DNA of 44,299 nucleotides from Candidatus Micrarchaeia archaeon (GTDB lineage: Archaea; Micrarchaeota; Micrarchaeia; Micrarchaeales; CABMGC01), in contig JBMFIM010000006.1 in the NCBI GenBank assembly GCA_049976305.1, forward strand, positions 1-44,299. Reading direction: 5' to 3'. The stretch's first letter is position 1. Each line of letters begins with the position of its first letter. This document shows, piece by piece, positions 25,120 to 34,931 of the stretch. Position numbers and translations under genes: made by a program. The notes below the pieces were generated by a model. The model did no database searches. It was not told where the DNA came from and saw only the letters and a list, made by a program, of their open reading frames with translations.

Positions 25120-27780
25120 ATGTTTGCCCAAAAGGAGCCTGCGACGCTGCGCCCGGCTCAAAATGAGCATAGGCTTTCTATAAAAGAATACATCAAGCAG
25201 CTCGAGCCTATTTTGCGCGAAACGGGCGATGCAGGCAGGGCGTATCTAAAGGTTTTGGAAAAGGTAGATAAAAAAGCAGCAAAGGTTCTGCTGGAGCTTG
25301 CACATAACCCGCTTTTTCCAGACTTCCTTAAGGGCCTAGGAGAGGATGGCGCTTCAGGATTTGCCCGTGCTATTTACATAGTAGCGCCTGACTTTTACGG
25401 TAATGAAAGTGATTTCACATCTCTTTTTGCAAATAAAGAAGTAGCAAATTTTGCAAGTCAGCTCGGCCCTGCAAGCAAAGACTTCTTCGTCAAGATGCTT
25501 GCTGCCAAGCATAAGGAGCGTTTTCTGAGCAGTCGGTTGCTTGAGGTTCCAGAAGCTATAAGAAAGCTAGAAGAGAATGCCTTTGATTTTTTCGAGGCTT
25601 TGGACCGTGTTGAGGACTGGGATATTTTGTTAAGCAAAAGTGTTGTGGATGCTGTTGGAAAACTTAGCGCAAGGAAAAGGCACATGGTCTTGGAATATGC
25701 AAAAAATGCAGGATCGGCGAGCTTGCTGGCGGAGTTGCCTGGGCAAGCGCTAGAAGCTATTGACAAGATTTTGGATAACGACCAGATTTTAAGCGAGCTG
25801 CTGTATGCAATAGAGCAATCGCCCAACCCTAAGGAAACTGCAGCTAAGCTCGCCAACGAAGATATGCTAGCATTCATAAACAGCCTGGGCTACGCGGGTG
25901 TAGGCTATTTAAGGAGTATAGGCAAGAACCTAGATGCGCTTACGAATCCTGCCTTAATAAAGTCTGGCAGCCTTATAGGAAAGCTGAACAGGAATCTTAT
26001 GCAAATGTACTTTTCGGCAATCGCAAATGTGCCAGATGCGGTGGAAGACCTTGTTGACTGCGGGTTTCTAAGATGGCTGGCAAACCAAGGAGAAAGCAGC
26101 TATTGGCTCCTTCCCAAGTTGGCCAACGTTCTTAAATTTTCAAGGCAGCACGGGCTCTACTATGATAGTCCCTCGTTTGAAAACTATTACATTATCCGCC
26201 TTATGAACATCGAAAAATCTGATTTCAAGAAATTGGAGTTCGATTTGGAGATATGGAATAGGCTTTTGGACTCTTTTTCCACGCTTGAAGAACTTGGAAT
26301 AAAGCTTGAGAAGAGGGACTTTGAGAAGATGCAAAAGCTTGTGAAGGCAAAAGGCGGCTCGCCGGTATACCTCTGGCTCGGGGCGCAGGCAATAGTGTAT
26401 ATGGCAAAACTCCCAGGAACCAAGTTTCAAGATCTTGCTGATGCATATCACATTTTGCTGTCTTTAGACGAAGAGAGGATAAACGGCCTTATCATTTCAA
26501 GCATAAACCAATACCTGGCACACACCTTCAATCTGCCGATAGAAAAATTGCCAAGCAGCATTAGTGAGTGGGGACTTGACAACCTTAAGTTAGTGCTGTT
26601 GAATTTGGAAATGTTCAAGTCTAATCCAGATCTGCTAAGAAAGGATTTTCATGAGTTAGTTCTAACCCGCGCCGATTTCTTTGCGCTCTCCTCAATATTG
26701 CCTAATTTTGGCAGTATGCAAGAAAAAAGGGCTTATGCAATCGCTTCTCGGCCAGATTCAGAAGCATGGCTTGAAGAGACGATTGGTAAATTGGCCAGTC
26801 TCCTAGCCAAACTTTTTCCCAGCCACACAGACGCTTCTAATCTTATCAAAGAAATCGAAGGCTACATGAACAAGATAGAGGGCATTGGCGGTAAAGAGCT
26901 TAGGGCAAAATTGCTTTATGTGCGTAGGAACTATCTGAACAGCCAGAATTGGTCTGCGTTTTATAATGCATGGACTAGCATACGCCCTTCAGTTGAATCT
27001 ACAAAGCGCATAAATCCCAAAGAATACGAAGAAATAGCACCAGCGTATCTTTCTGTTTTGTCCCTGCTTGCAGGCGAACACTTCAGAATCCAGATTTCTA
27101 AGCTAATGCAAGAGCTCCAAGATGAAAACAAAAGCAAAGAAGAGATAATCGGCAAGGCCGTCAAGCTGCTGCTGGCGTATATAACTGAAGTCAAGAAATT
27201 CGGGCAAGGGCTTGAGGAGGTTGAGAATGAGATCATAAACATAAAAAGAGAATTGGGCGAATATTTTGAAGGAAGCCTTTATTTCGAGCCTGCAAGAAGA
27301 GGTTTGGACATAATCTTTGGAGGCAGATACAGCGGCGATTGCACAGCTCCTTCCGGCGAATGGTTTCCGGCAAACTTCGGCTGGGCAAGCAATCCTGAGG
27401 CAAGCATTATCAACTGCTACTGGAAACGGGCAGGAGAAGATGAGAAAGTTCCTGTTGGAAGAATTTACCTATTTGCAGTCAAAATAAACGGTAAGCCAGG
27501 CGTGATTGTAGACTCGATAGAATTTCTAGAATCTTTTGTAACATCGAGCAGGATTGAGAAGGCAGTGATACAGATGCTAAAGGACTACTCCAAATTCATC
27601 AACGTACCTCTTGTAATTGATGCCCTCTACTCGATCTCTAACAGGACATGGGTTGAGGGCGCTGTTATGAATGCCGGATTTGAAATAAAAGAGGTTGAAA
27701 TACAGAAAATCGGCAAGCATGTGTCTGCCGAACATGTATTTTCTACGCCTCATAAGAAAAAAGTGTTCCTCATAAAATAA
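25120..27780 (+). CDS. Large hypothetical protein: N-terminal degenerate helical repeats, C-terminal alpha/beta domain
   Basis: 886-aa ORF; recurring amphipathic units in the first ~340 aa; C-terminal GRYSGDCT...GRIYLF...VIVDSIE. Confidence 0.75.
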   Translation: MFAQKEPATLRPAQNEHRLSIKEYIKQLEPILRETGDAGRAYLKVLEKVDKKAAKVLLELAHNPLFPDFLKGLGEDGASGFARAIYIVAPDFYGNESDFTSLFANKEVANFASQLGPASKDFFVKMLAAKHKERFLSSRLLEVPEAIRKLEENAFDFFEALDRVEDWDILLSKSVVDAVGKLSARKRHMVLEYAKNAGSASLLAELPGQALEAIDKILDNDQILSELLYAIEQSPNPKETAAKLANEDMLAFINSLGYAGVGYLRSIGKNLDALTNPALIKSGSLIGKLNRNLMQMYFSAIANVPDAVEDLVDCGFLRWLANQGESSYWLLPKLANVLKFSRQHGLYYDSPSFENYYIIRLMNIEKSDFKKLEFDLEIWNRLLDSFSTLEELGIKLEKRDFEKMQKLVKAKGGSPVYLWLGAQAIVYMAKLPGTKFQDLADAYHILLSLDEERINGLIISSINQYLAHTFNLPIEKLPSSISEWGLDNLKLVLLNLEMFKSNPDLLRKDFHELVLTRADFFALSSILPNFGSMQEKRAYAIASRPDSEAWLEETIGKLASLLAKLFPSHTDASNLIKEIEGYMNKIEGIGGKELRAKLLYVRRNYLNSQNWSAFYNAWTSIRPSVESTKRINPKEYEEIAPAYLSVLSLLAGEHFRIQISKLMQELQDENKSKEEIIGKAVKLLLAYITEVKKFGQGLEEVENEIINIKRELGEYFEGSLYFEPARRGLDIIFGGRYSGDCTAPSGEWFPANFGWASNPEASIINCYWKRAGEDEKVPVGRIYLFAVKINGKPGVIVDSIEFLESFVTSSRIEKAVIQMLKDYSKFINVPLVIDALYSISNRTWVEGAVMNAGFEIKEVEIQKIGKHVSAEHVFSTPHKKKVFLIK

Positions 27781-27887
27781 GCAATGGAAACTTATTCCTC
27801 TTAAAAAAATAAAAATAAAAAGAAATGGAGATCAGTACCATTTGTCATTGGAAAAGAATTTTAAGGCTAATGCGCTAAAGAGATGCA

Positions 27888-29483
27888 ATGCTTTCACCAG
27901 AAGCCTCAAATGCTTTCGAAGTAACAGACAAGGTAGTCTATAAAATCTATCGAAACGGGCAGGTCAGCATTTTATATTACAAGATAGATCCAGATCCTGA
28001 AACGCTTGCTTATCTCGATGTGGCGAATGCTAGCAGGCTAAGCCCCAAGGAAGGGCAAACAATTTTGGAAAGACTAATAGAGAAAAGCGATTCGATGCTT
28101 CCGCGGGGAAGCAAGCTTGCTGAGATAAACAGTCTTTTGCGCGAAGGAAAGTGTAAGAAGGAAGAAATAGAAGCGGCGCTGAAGCGAGAGGGCAATCGGA
28201 ATGCCCGTAGCGCTTTGGACAATATCATAAGGGTATTGGGGCACAACAACATACTTGAGCAGGGCCACGTTCTTATTGCCATCGTTGCGCCCATTTCTGC
28301 TGTAATGAACATTCAAGATGAAAGGTTTGTTTCTACGCAAGAACGTTCTACCAGATATGTCTCTTTCGACGAGATGTATGTGCCTGAGTCTATAAAAGGT
28401 AACGCCGAAGCTTTGTCAATCTACAGCGAAGCAGTTAAAGAGCTTGACAACGCAATGAGCAAGGCGCTGGAGGCAATGTCCAAACGCCTCACCGAAGCCT
28501 ATATTAGAGAGCATAAAAAAGAGCCTGAGGAGCAGTACATAAAAGATGTCATAAAGCCGAGCGCAAGGGATTTGTGCAGAGGGCTTGTGCCTATGGGGAA
28601 GCAGACTGTTGTGTTCTTGTCTATCAATGCAAAAAGTTTGGAAAGCATAACAAAAAAGATGCTTTCAAGCAATGATCCTGTTAACAGGCTTGTTGGCGAA
28701 GGCCTCAAGCAGGTTGCAAAAGAGAACGTGCCCTCCTTCGCTTCGCGCATAGACCCGGATGCTTTTGAACTTGCTTATCATGCAGGCGTAAAAGGAATTG
28801 AACTTTCGAACACAATGCCAAATATTAAAGATTTTGAATCTGAGAAGGTCGAGCTACATGGCGAAGAAGAGGCAAAGCTTGTTGAAAAGATTGGCTTAAT
28901 GGCTCTAAAGAGGCCAGAGGAGGTGCCTGATTACATACGCAATATTACTGGTTTGCGCCAGGGCAAGTATAATGCGCTAAACAATACCGTATTAGGCATA
29001 GGCTCGCTGCTTTTCGATATAGAAGTAAGCGTGGGCACATTGAGAGATCTTCAGAGACACAGAGACGCCATTAAAAATTATCAAGTAACCGATGCTGTAT
29101 TTTATTTTCCGAGAGAGCTCATGGAAGATCCCATATTCGAGGTTGTTGAAAGGGCTATCAAGAAAAATGTAGAAGCAAGAAAAAGGCTCTCCGAAATGGG
29201 CTTTGGAGCCGAGGCCAAGCTTCTTCTTCCTCTTGCTGCAGGCGCAAGGCTTGAAATGGAAATGAGTTTTGGTGAAGCAGTTTATATAATAGAGAATAGA
29301 AGCACGCCAGAGGGGCATCCAGAATATAGACAAATTGCATTGAGGATGTGGGAAGAGCTCAAGAAGGCATATCCAAACCTTGTCGGCAATTTAAAAGCAT
29401 TTGTTCCTGAGCGCACAAGCACATATGCTTCTAGGGAGGAAAGGCAGGGTGTGGAAGAAGTCAATAAGGAGCATCTGTACTGA
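27888..29483 (+). CDS. thyX: FAD-dependent thymidylate synthase, tandem two-domain ThyX/Thy1
   Basis: GHNNILE, QERSTRYV, ARDLCRGLVP, RDLQRHR, AKLLLPLA, ENRSTPEGHPEYRQIA. Confidence 0.85.
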   Translation: MLSPEASNAFEVTDKVVYKIYRNGQVSILYYKIDPDPETLAYLDVANASRLSPKEGQTILERLIEKSDSMLPRGSKLAEINSLLREGKCKKEEIEAALKREGNRNARSALDNIIRVLGHNNILEQGHVLIAIVAPISAVMNIQDERFVSTQERSTRYVSFDEMYVPESIKGNAEALSIYSEAVKELDNAMSKALEAMSKRLTEAYIREHKKEPEEQYIKDVIKPSARDLCRGLVPMGKQTVVFLSINAKSLESITKKMLSSNDPVNRLVGEGLKQVAKENVPSFASRIDPDAFELAYHAGVKGIELSNTMPNIKDFESEKVELHGEEEAKLVEKIGLMALKRPEEVPDYIRNITGLRQGKYNALNNTVLGIGSLLFDIEVSVGTLRDLQRHRDAIKNYQVTDAVFYFPRELMEDPIFEVVERAIKKNVEARKRLSEMGFGAEAKLLLPLAAGARLEMEMSFGEAVYIIENRSTPEGHPEYRQIALRMWEELKKAYPNLVGNLKAFVPERTSTYASREERQGVEEVNKEHLY

Positions 29484-29545
29484 ACAGAGGGCTGCAGCAA
29501 TTTGTAGATTTTGTTTTTAAATCTAATCTTGCAAAATTTTTTGCA

Positions 29546-30892
29546 ATGATTAAAGAGTTTGCAGGTGCGAGGCGGGCAGAAGAAGATGAGTCTGAGATAT
29601 ACAAAAAACTTGAAAACCTGCTAAATTCAAGCGCCGAGAGTTTGAAATTATTCCGCTTGAGCAGGAGCATAGTTTCTTATGAGTATGATGGCAGGGCAAT
29701 CGAAATTTCTTTTCCAAGCTTCCTTATACTTACTTCAATTTCAGGCCACAACCTGCTTCTTGTTGGTTCGACAGGCTCAGGAAAGACGACAGCGGCAAGG
29801 GCTTACGGCCGCGGAGTGTTTGGAAGCGAAGCATATCTTCAGATCTCGCCAGAAACAGACCTGTCTAAGCTCATCGATATAAATTTTGGGGAAATGAAGG
29901 AAGGTACACTTGGAAACGCCCAGAAAATTACTGATTATGTGTCAGCACCTTTTGTGGTTGTAGACGAGATAAACAGAGTGAATCCCAAGCAGTTGAACAT
30001 ACTACAAGAATATCTCAACAACGGTGTTCTGAACTTGGAAGGGGGAAGGCGAGTGTCAGTAGGCATTCAAACAAGAAGTGGCAGGTATCAGCAAAAGATT
30101 GCGTGCATAAATGTAGGCGGCGAGTACACCGGTGTCTTGCCTCTCGATGCTGCGGTAGCCGATAGGTTTTCGATCAGGCTTAACCTTGACGATTACCCGC
30201 CAACATCGCGCGACATTGTTTCAATGCTTGAATCTAAAGAGGTTTTCAACGCGGAAAAAATAGCAAAAATGAATTTGACTAAAGAAATCATTTTCTTGTT
30301 TGAAAAGCTCGATGAAGTTCAGATTAGCGAAGAAGCTGAGAAGTATGCATTAATGCTGTCTCACCTTAATTACTGCTACAGATCTCCAACAGGACTCAAA
30401 TCCGGAATAAAAGATTTTTCAAAGTCGATTTGCGAAGGTTGCCACGCTGCAGAAAGGTTTGGAAATCTATGCGGCTCTGTCCGCGGTGTTTCGAACAGAA
30501 GCCTGATTGCGCTTACCGATCTTGCAAAGGCCTTCGCTATTTATCGTAACTATATTTATAGAGATACCCCTCTAATGGTAGAGGTTGAAGACATGATGGC
30601 TGCTGCTAGGTTTGTGGTTAGCCCACGCGAGCTAATAGATGAAGAGTGGGTGGAGATTCAAGGGGACAGCAGCTATACAAGAAGTCTGGACCTGTTGCTA
30701 GGCTATATTGAAGAAGCTATGCAAGACATCCTGTCTTTTGAGGCTAGCAATGCTTTCCCGTCAAATAAGCAAGAGGCACAAGAGGTTAAAGACGAAGTGT
30801 TGCAGACCTACCCGTATGCCTACTTTAGCGATGTGGAAGACATGAAAAGGCTTTTTGCAAAATACAGGAAAAAGGAGCAGGTGCGAAGATGA
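29546..30892 (+). CDS. MoxR-family AAA+ ATPase with a 4-Cys insertion
   Basis: LLLVGSTGSGKT (Walker A), VVVDEINRVNPKQLNILQE (Walker B), PLDAAVADRF; C-x-CEGC-x-C cluster in the lid. Confidence 0.85.
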   Translation: MIKEFAGARRAEEDESEIYKKLENLLNSSAESLKLFRLSRSIVSYEYDGRAIEISFPSFLILTSISGHNLLLVGSTGSGKTTAARAYGRGVFGSEAYLQISPETDLSKLIDINFGEMKEGTLGNAQKITDYVSAPFVVVDEINRVNPKQLNILQEYLNNGVLNLEGGRRVSVGIQTRSGRYQQKIACINVGGEYTGVLPLDAAVADRFSIRLNLDDYPPTSRDIVSMLESKEVFNAEKIAKMNLTKEIIFLFEKLDEVQISEEAEKYALMLSHLNYCYRSPTGLKSGIKDFSKSICEGCHAAERFGNLCGSVRGVSNRSLIALTDLAKAFAIYRNYIYRDTPLMVEVEDMMAAARFVVSPRELIDEEWVEIQGDSSYTRSLDLLLGYIEEAMQDILSFEASNAFPSNKQEAQEVKDEVLQTYPYAYFSDVEDMKRLFAKYRKKEQVRR

Positions 30893-32646
30893 CCTCTTTA
30901 AAGAGCCTGCTTCGCGATAGAGCGCAAAGGTATCGCATAGCAGAAGTCCAACTTCAGGTGTCTTATACAAAAGAGGACGAGATAAGCGCGAGCATCGACA
31001 TTCCGAGTTGGGTTGCAAATATTGAAGTGCCTAGAGTAAAGTTTAGCGCTGAGGTGGCAGATCGTCTTAGCGAGTTTATCATAAACCATGAATTTGGGCA
31101 TTGGAGATATTGCCCTAGAGATATTGCTGGCTGGTGGGAAATAAGAAAAGCAGTGGATGACGCTCTTAAGGATCTGGGCTTAAATTTGCCAGAAGCGGCG
31201 CGGGATCAATGTGTCAACATTTTTGCAGATTTCGTAGATAATATTGCAAACATCTATTCCGAATTCGAAAATAAGAACGCAGAGAAGTACAGGGAAGGCC
31301 TAAGAGATTTCTTCCTTTTTACTTACAAGCGCGGCGAGTTTGCATTTTTGTATGATGAGTCGAGAAGGGCGGAGATCAACTTGCCTACGCTGCTCCTTAT
31401 CAACGTTTTTCAATTCTTTTTCATGCCAGATAAGAATTCGAGAATATTGCAAAAGGAAGAGCTTGCAAAGGTAGAATACACAACTGAAAAAATTGCAAAA
31501 ATCCTTCTTGGAGATTTGTCTGAAAAATATAGTAGCAGGTTAGGTTCGTTAAGTAGCCATGAAAAGCATGAAATTGTTATGGAATTGTTAAACAGGGAAA
31601 AGTGGTATTACAAAGCCAAGGAAATAACTAAGTACTTCGCGCCCCTTATGGTGAATGGCCCTACTGCTGTGAAAACATTTGATGTTATCGGTATGCCCGC
31701 ACCAGGATCCTCGAAGATTGACCTGCAGCAACTGCTTAGCGATGTTGACAAACTTTTTCCGCTTCTTGACAAAATATATAGAGAAGAAACCAGAAACAAC
31801 AAGGTAACAGTAGTAAAAAGTCCTGAAAGAGAGCTTTGGCAACCGAAGGTGGGAAGCGAACTTTACACCGAAGGCGAGAAAGACTTGGCTAGCAAGATTG
31901 CTAATAGGGACATAAGCCCTAGGGATATTAAGTGGATTCGTAACGAATTAGTAAGTCTTCACCGCCGCGAGAATTTTGAGAGTTCTCAGTTTAAAAGATT
32001 GGTTTTTATAGTGGACTCTTCTTCAAGCATGAGCTGGGGCAGTGTGATTGAGCTTGCCAAAGAGAAGGAAAAGTATGATCCTATGCAATTTTATCAGACT
32101 CTTAAGGACACCGCCCTCAATAAGGGCGAATATGATTATCTTGTTAGGGCTTTTTACTCTTTTATCGGCTCGTTTCAAAAGTCTGGAGCCTTGAGCGAGA
32201 TGCGAATAGGAATAATAAACTTCTCCGGAGCAACTGTGTGGAGTGGTTGGCGTTCCGGGAGCGAACAAGATTTACACCAGCTCAAGCGGTTTCTATTTGC
32301 GTTTCAAAACGGAGGCACTACTCTAGACATTGGAACTGTAAAGCAGGTCTATGGTAGTGTAGGCGAGCCTGTGCTTACAGTTTTAATAAGTGATGGCGAC
32401 CTTTCAAACACAGATGAAGTACTCGCATCTTTGGCACCAATTTGGAAGAGAAGCCCGTTTGTGTTCTTGAGCACAAGAAACAAAGGAGAATTTGCCAAAC
32501 AGCTAGAAAAAAGGGGCCTTGACGTTAGGTATGTATATTGGCCTGCCGATCTGGAGAAAATGATATTGGACTTCACTAACTGCGCAGCTGAAGGCCAATC
32601 AGGTTTACCATGCTCCAAGCGCAAAAATACAGTGGCTACTTTTTGA
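30889..32646 (+). CDS. VWA-domain protein with N-terminal HExxH metallopeptidase-like domain
   Basis: INHEFGHWRYCP and NIFADFVDN; MIDAS FIVDSSSSM, INFS, QNGGTT, LISDGD; ATGA-coupled to MoxR. Confidence 0.82.
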   Translation: MTSLKSLLRDRAQRYRIAEVQLQVSYTKEDEISASIDIPSWVANIEVPRVKFSAEVADRLSEFIINHEFGHWRYCPRDIAGWWEIRKAVDDALKDLGLNLPEAARDQCVNIFADFVDNIANIYSEFENKNAEKYREGLRDFFLFTYKRGEFAFLYDESRRAEINLPTLLLINVFQFFFMPDKNSRILQKEELAKVEYTTEKIAKILLGDLSEKYSSRLGSLSSHEKHEIVMELLNREKWYYKAKEITKYFAPLMVNGPTAVKTFDVIGMPAPGSSKIDLQQLLSDVDKLFPLLDKIYREETRNNKVTVVKSPERELWQPKVGSELYTEGEKDLASKIANRDISPRDIKWIRNELVSLHRRENFESSQFKRLVFIVDSSSSMSWGSVIELAKEKEKYDPMQFYQTLKDTALNKGEYDYLVRAFYSFIGSFQKSGALSEMRIGIINFSGATVWSGWRSGSEQDLHQLKRFLFAFQNGGTTLDIGTVKQVYGSVGEPVLTVLISDGDLSNTDEVLASLAPIWKRSPFVFLSTRNKGEFAKQLEKRGLDVRYVYWPADLEKMILDFTNCAAEGQSGLPCSKRKNTVATF

Positions 32647-32703
32647 AGGAGTCTGTGCATTAGCATAATAAGTTTATTAATCTTGATTTTGGAATAATAT
32701 CCG

Positions 32704-33462
32704 ATGCGTGCGCAAAAATTGCTTTGGATTTTGGCGTTTGGCCTAATTGTTGCAAGAAGCTTTGCCTATTTCAACGTCACGCACTTGACTGTCGGCGTCT
32801 ATTTGTCCAATTCAACATCCGCTAAGGTTGTTGAGAATTTGCAGTTCTTTATCAGCAATTCTTCAATACAGAGCTACATGCAGGACAGAGCTGCAGTAAA
32901 CCAGACGCTGAGCATTTGGCAAAAGGTGCTGAATACAAACCTGCTTGTGGAGCATATCTTCAACCCCAGGTCGAGCATCAAGAATTTTACTTTGTTGCCA
33001 GGCCCTGCAATCCCGCAGGGAAATGGTGCAGTCGCAACAATAAGCATGTATTATGTAGCGGAGAACGTTACTAGCGTGAAAGAGATAGCGCCAAGAAAGT
33101 TTGAATATACTTTCAATGATTCTTGTTTCAACTTTCAGCACACAGCAAGTGGCGAGGCCTTATTCCAAAATGCAACCCTGAACCTTTTCCTTCCCAAAGG
33201 CGCTAAGGTGCTCATGCCAGTTTATCCTTTGCCTGACTACCCTGTAGGCAACTATGCCAACTCTACGCAGTTTTCTTGGTTTGAGGCCGAGCCCCTCAAC
33301 AAGTTCCAGTTCTCATATGTAGTCACAGAATCGCTGCAGCAAGAAGTTACAAGGTTCTTCTCCAATGTCTACTATAGGCACAGGCCGGCTGTGATCGCCT
33401 TTCTCATTATAGTAATTGCAGGCATAGCGCTCGCAGTTTATAGAATTATGCACGGTAGATAA
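32704..33462 (+). CDS. Secreted, C-terminally anchored membrane glycoprotein of unknown function
   Basis: Signal peptide, several N-x-S/T sequons, C-terminal TM helix. Confidence 0.75.
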   Translation: MRAQKLLWILAFGLIVARSFAYFNVTHLTVGVYLSNSTSAKVVENLQFFISNSSIQSYMQDRAAVNQTLSIWQKVLNTNLLVEHIFNPRSSIKNFTLLPGPAIPQGNGAVATISMYYVAENVTSVKEIAPRKFEYTFNDSCFNFQHTASGEALFQNATLNLFLPKGAKVLMPVYPLPDYPVGNYANSTQFSWFEAEPLNKFQFSYVVTESLQQEVTRFFSNVYYRHRPAVIAFLIIVIAGIALAVYRIMHGR

Positions 33463-33463
33463 C

Positions 33464-34927
33464 TTGTTGCACAAGCATGAAATTACCGTACTCAGAGCAC
33501 TGATCTCTGCCAATGGCAGGCTTTCCTACGAAGACCTTATTAAAAAAACAGGCCTAGGCAAAGATTCTCTAAATTGGGCAATTAACAGCTTGAAGGAGAA
33601 AGGAGCAGTAAAGGTAAAGGAGAGCAAGCGAGAAATAGTGCAGATAAGTGAAGAAGGAATGGCATATGCTAGGCAGGGCTTGCCTGAAGAGAGGCTTATG
33701 CAGAGGCTTGAAAGTAGCGGTAGCTTGGTTTTGAGCGAGCTAAAATCCAAAGAGGATCAGCTAGGCTTGCAATGGCTTAAAGCCAAAGGCTTGGCAAAGC
33801 TAGAAAATGGCAGGCTTGTGCTTGTAAAGCGAGAGCCTGTGCAGGCAGGCGAGGCGCTGAGGCAATTGGCTAAAGATGCAGAGGCCTTTTCTCAGCTGAA
33901 GCAAAGCATGCCAAATGCAATAAAGGAGCTATTGTCAAGGCACCTTGTCAGCGTGTCTGAAAAGAGAGAAATAGAGAGCGTTGAGCTAACAGAGCAGGGC
34001 AAGGCCGCAGCTTCGCAGGGCTCTGCAGAGATAGTCCAGCTTACAAGCTCAATGATCAAAGAGGGCTCATGGCGTGGCAAGACCTTCGCCCCGTACAATC
34101 TCTCTGCAAAGATTGAGCCGGCAAGCCCTGCTAGGGAGCATTTGCTCAGAAGAATAATAAACAGGATAAGGCTTGCCTATCTCGGCATGGGCTTTGAGGA
34201 AATAGAGGGGCCTATAGTAGAGCCTGCATTCTGGGTTTTCGACTACCTTTTTGTGCCACAGGACCATCCTGCAAGGGATGTCCAAGACACCTTCTTTGTC
34301 GAAAGCCCTAGCCATGCTGAGCTAGAAGAAAAGGAGCTTGCAAACCACATTGGCAGGGTTCATGAGCGCAGCTGGCACTTGAAGTGGCAAGAGGAGATAG
34401 CAAGCCAGGTTGTGCTTAGGCCGCATACTACAAGCGTAAGCGGCAGGTTCATCTACAAGATAATGCATGACCTAAACAAGAACCCAAACGCTTATTCGTT
34501 GCCCATAAAGCTGTTCACAATAGGCAGGGTTTTCAGAAACGAGAACATAGACTACAAGCACCTGGCAGACTTCTACCAGACAGACGGCATAATAATAGGC
34601 AAGGACCTTACGCTTTCAGAGCTTTTCGACACATTGATAAAGCTTTACAAAGCTTTGGGCGTAGAGGTCAAGTTCAAGCCCTCGTATTTCCCATTCGTAG
34701 AGCCTGGCGTTGAGGTGGACGCAAAGCTGGGAGATGAATGGCTGGAGATGGGAGGCGCAGGGGTTATAAGAAGAGAGGTTACAGGCAGCAGGCGCAAGAA
34801 CATAAGGGTGCTTGCATGGGGGCTTGGCATAGAAAGGATAGCGCTTGCTGAGAACAAGTCAATAGGCAGCATAGCGCATCTGTACACTCCAAGCCTCGGC
34901 TGGCTTAGAAAATACAGCTTGGGATGA
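33464..34927 (+). CDS. pheS: Phenylalanyl-tRNA synthetase alpha subunit
   Basis: FDYLFVPQDHPARDVQDTF, LRPHTTS, GRVFRNENIDYKHLADFYQ, SYFPFVEP, LAWGLGIERIA. Confidence 0.97.
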   Translation: MLHKHEITVLRALISANGRLSYEDLIKKTGLGKDSLNWAINSLKEKGAVKVKESKREIVQISEEGMAYARQGLPEERLMQRLESSGSLVLSELKSKEDQLGLQWLKAKGLAKLENGRLVLVKREPVQAGEALRQLAKDAEAFSQLKQSMPNAIKELLSRHLVSVSEKREIESVELTEQGKAAASQGSAEIVQLTSSMIKEGSWRGKTFAPYNLSAKIEPASPAREHLLRRIINRIRLAYLGMGFEEIEGPIVEPAFWVFDYLFVPQDHPARDVQDTFFVESPSHAELEEKELANHIGRVHERSWHLKWQEEIASQVVLRPHTTSVSGRFIYKIMHDLNKNPNAYSLPIKLFTIGRVFRNENIDYKHLADFYQTDGIIIGKDLTLSELFDTLIKLYKALGVEVKFKPSYFPFVEPGVEVDAKLGDEWLEMGGAGVIRREVTGSRRKNIRVLAWGLGIERIALAENKSIGSIAHLYTPSLGWLRKYSLG

Positions 34928-34931
34928 TACT

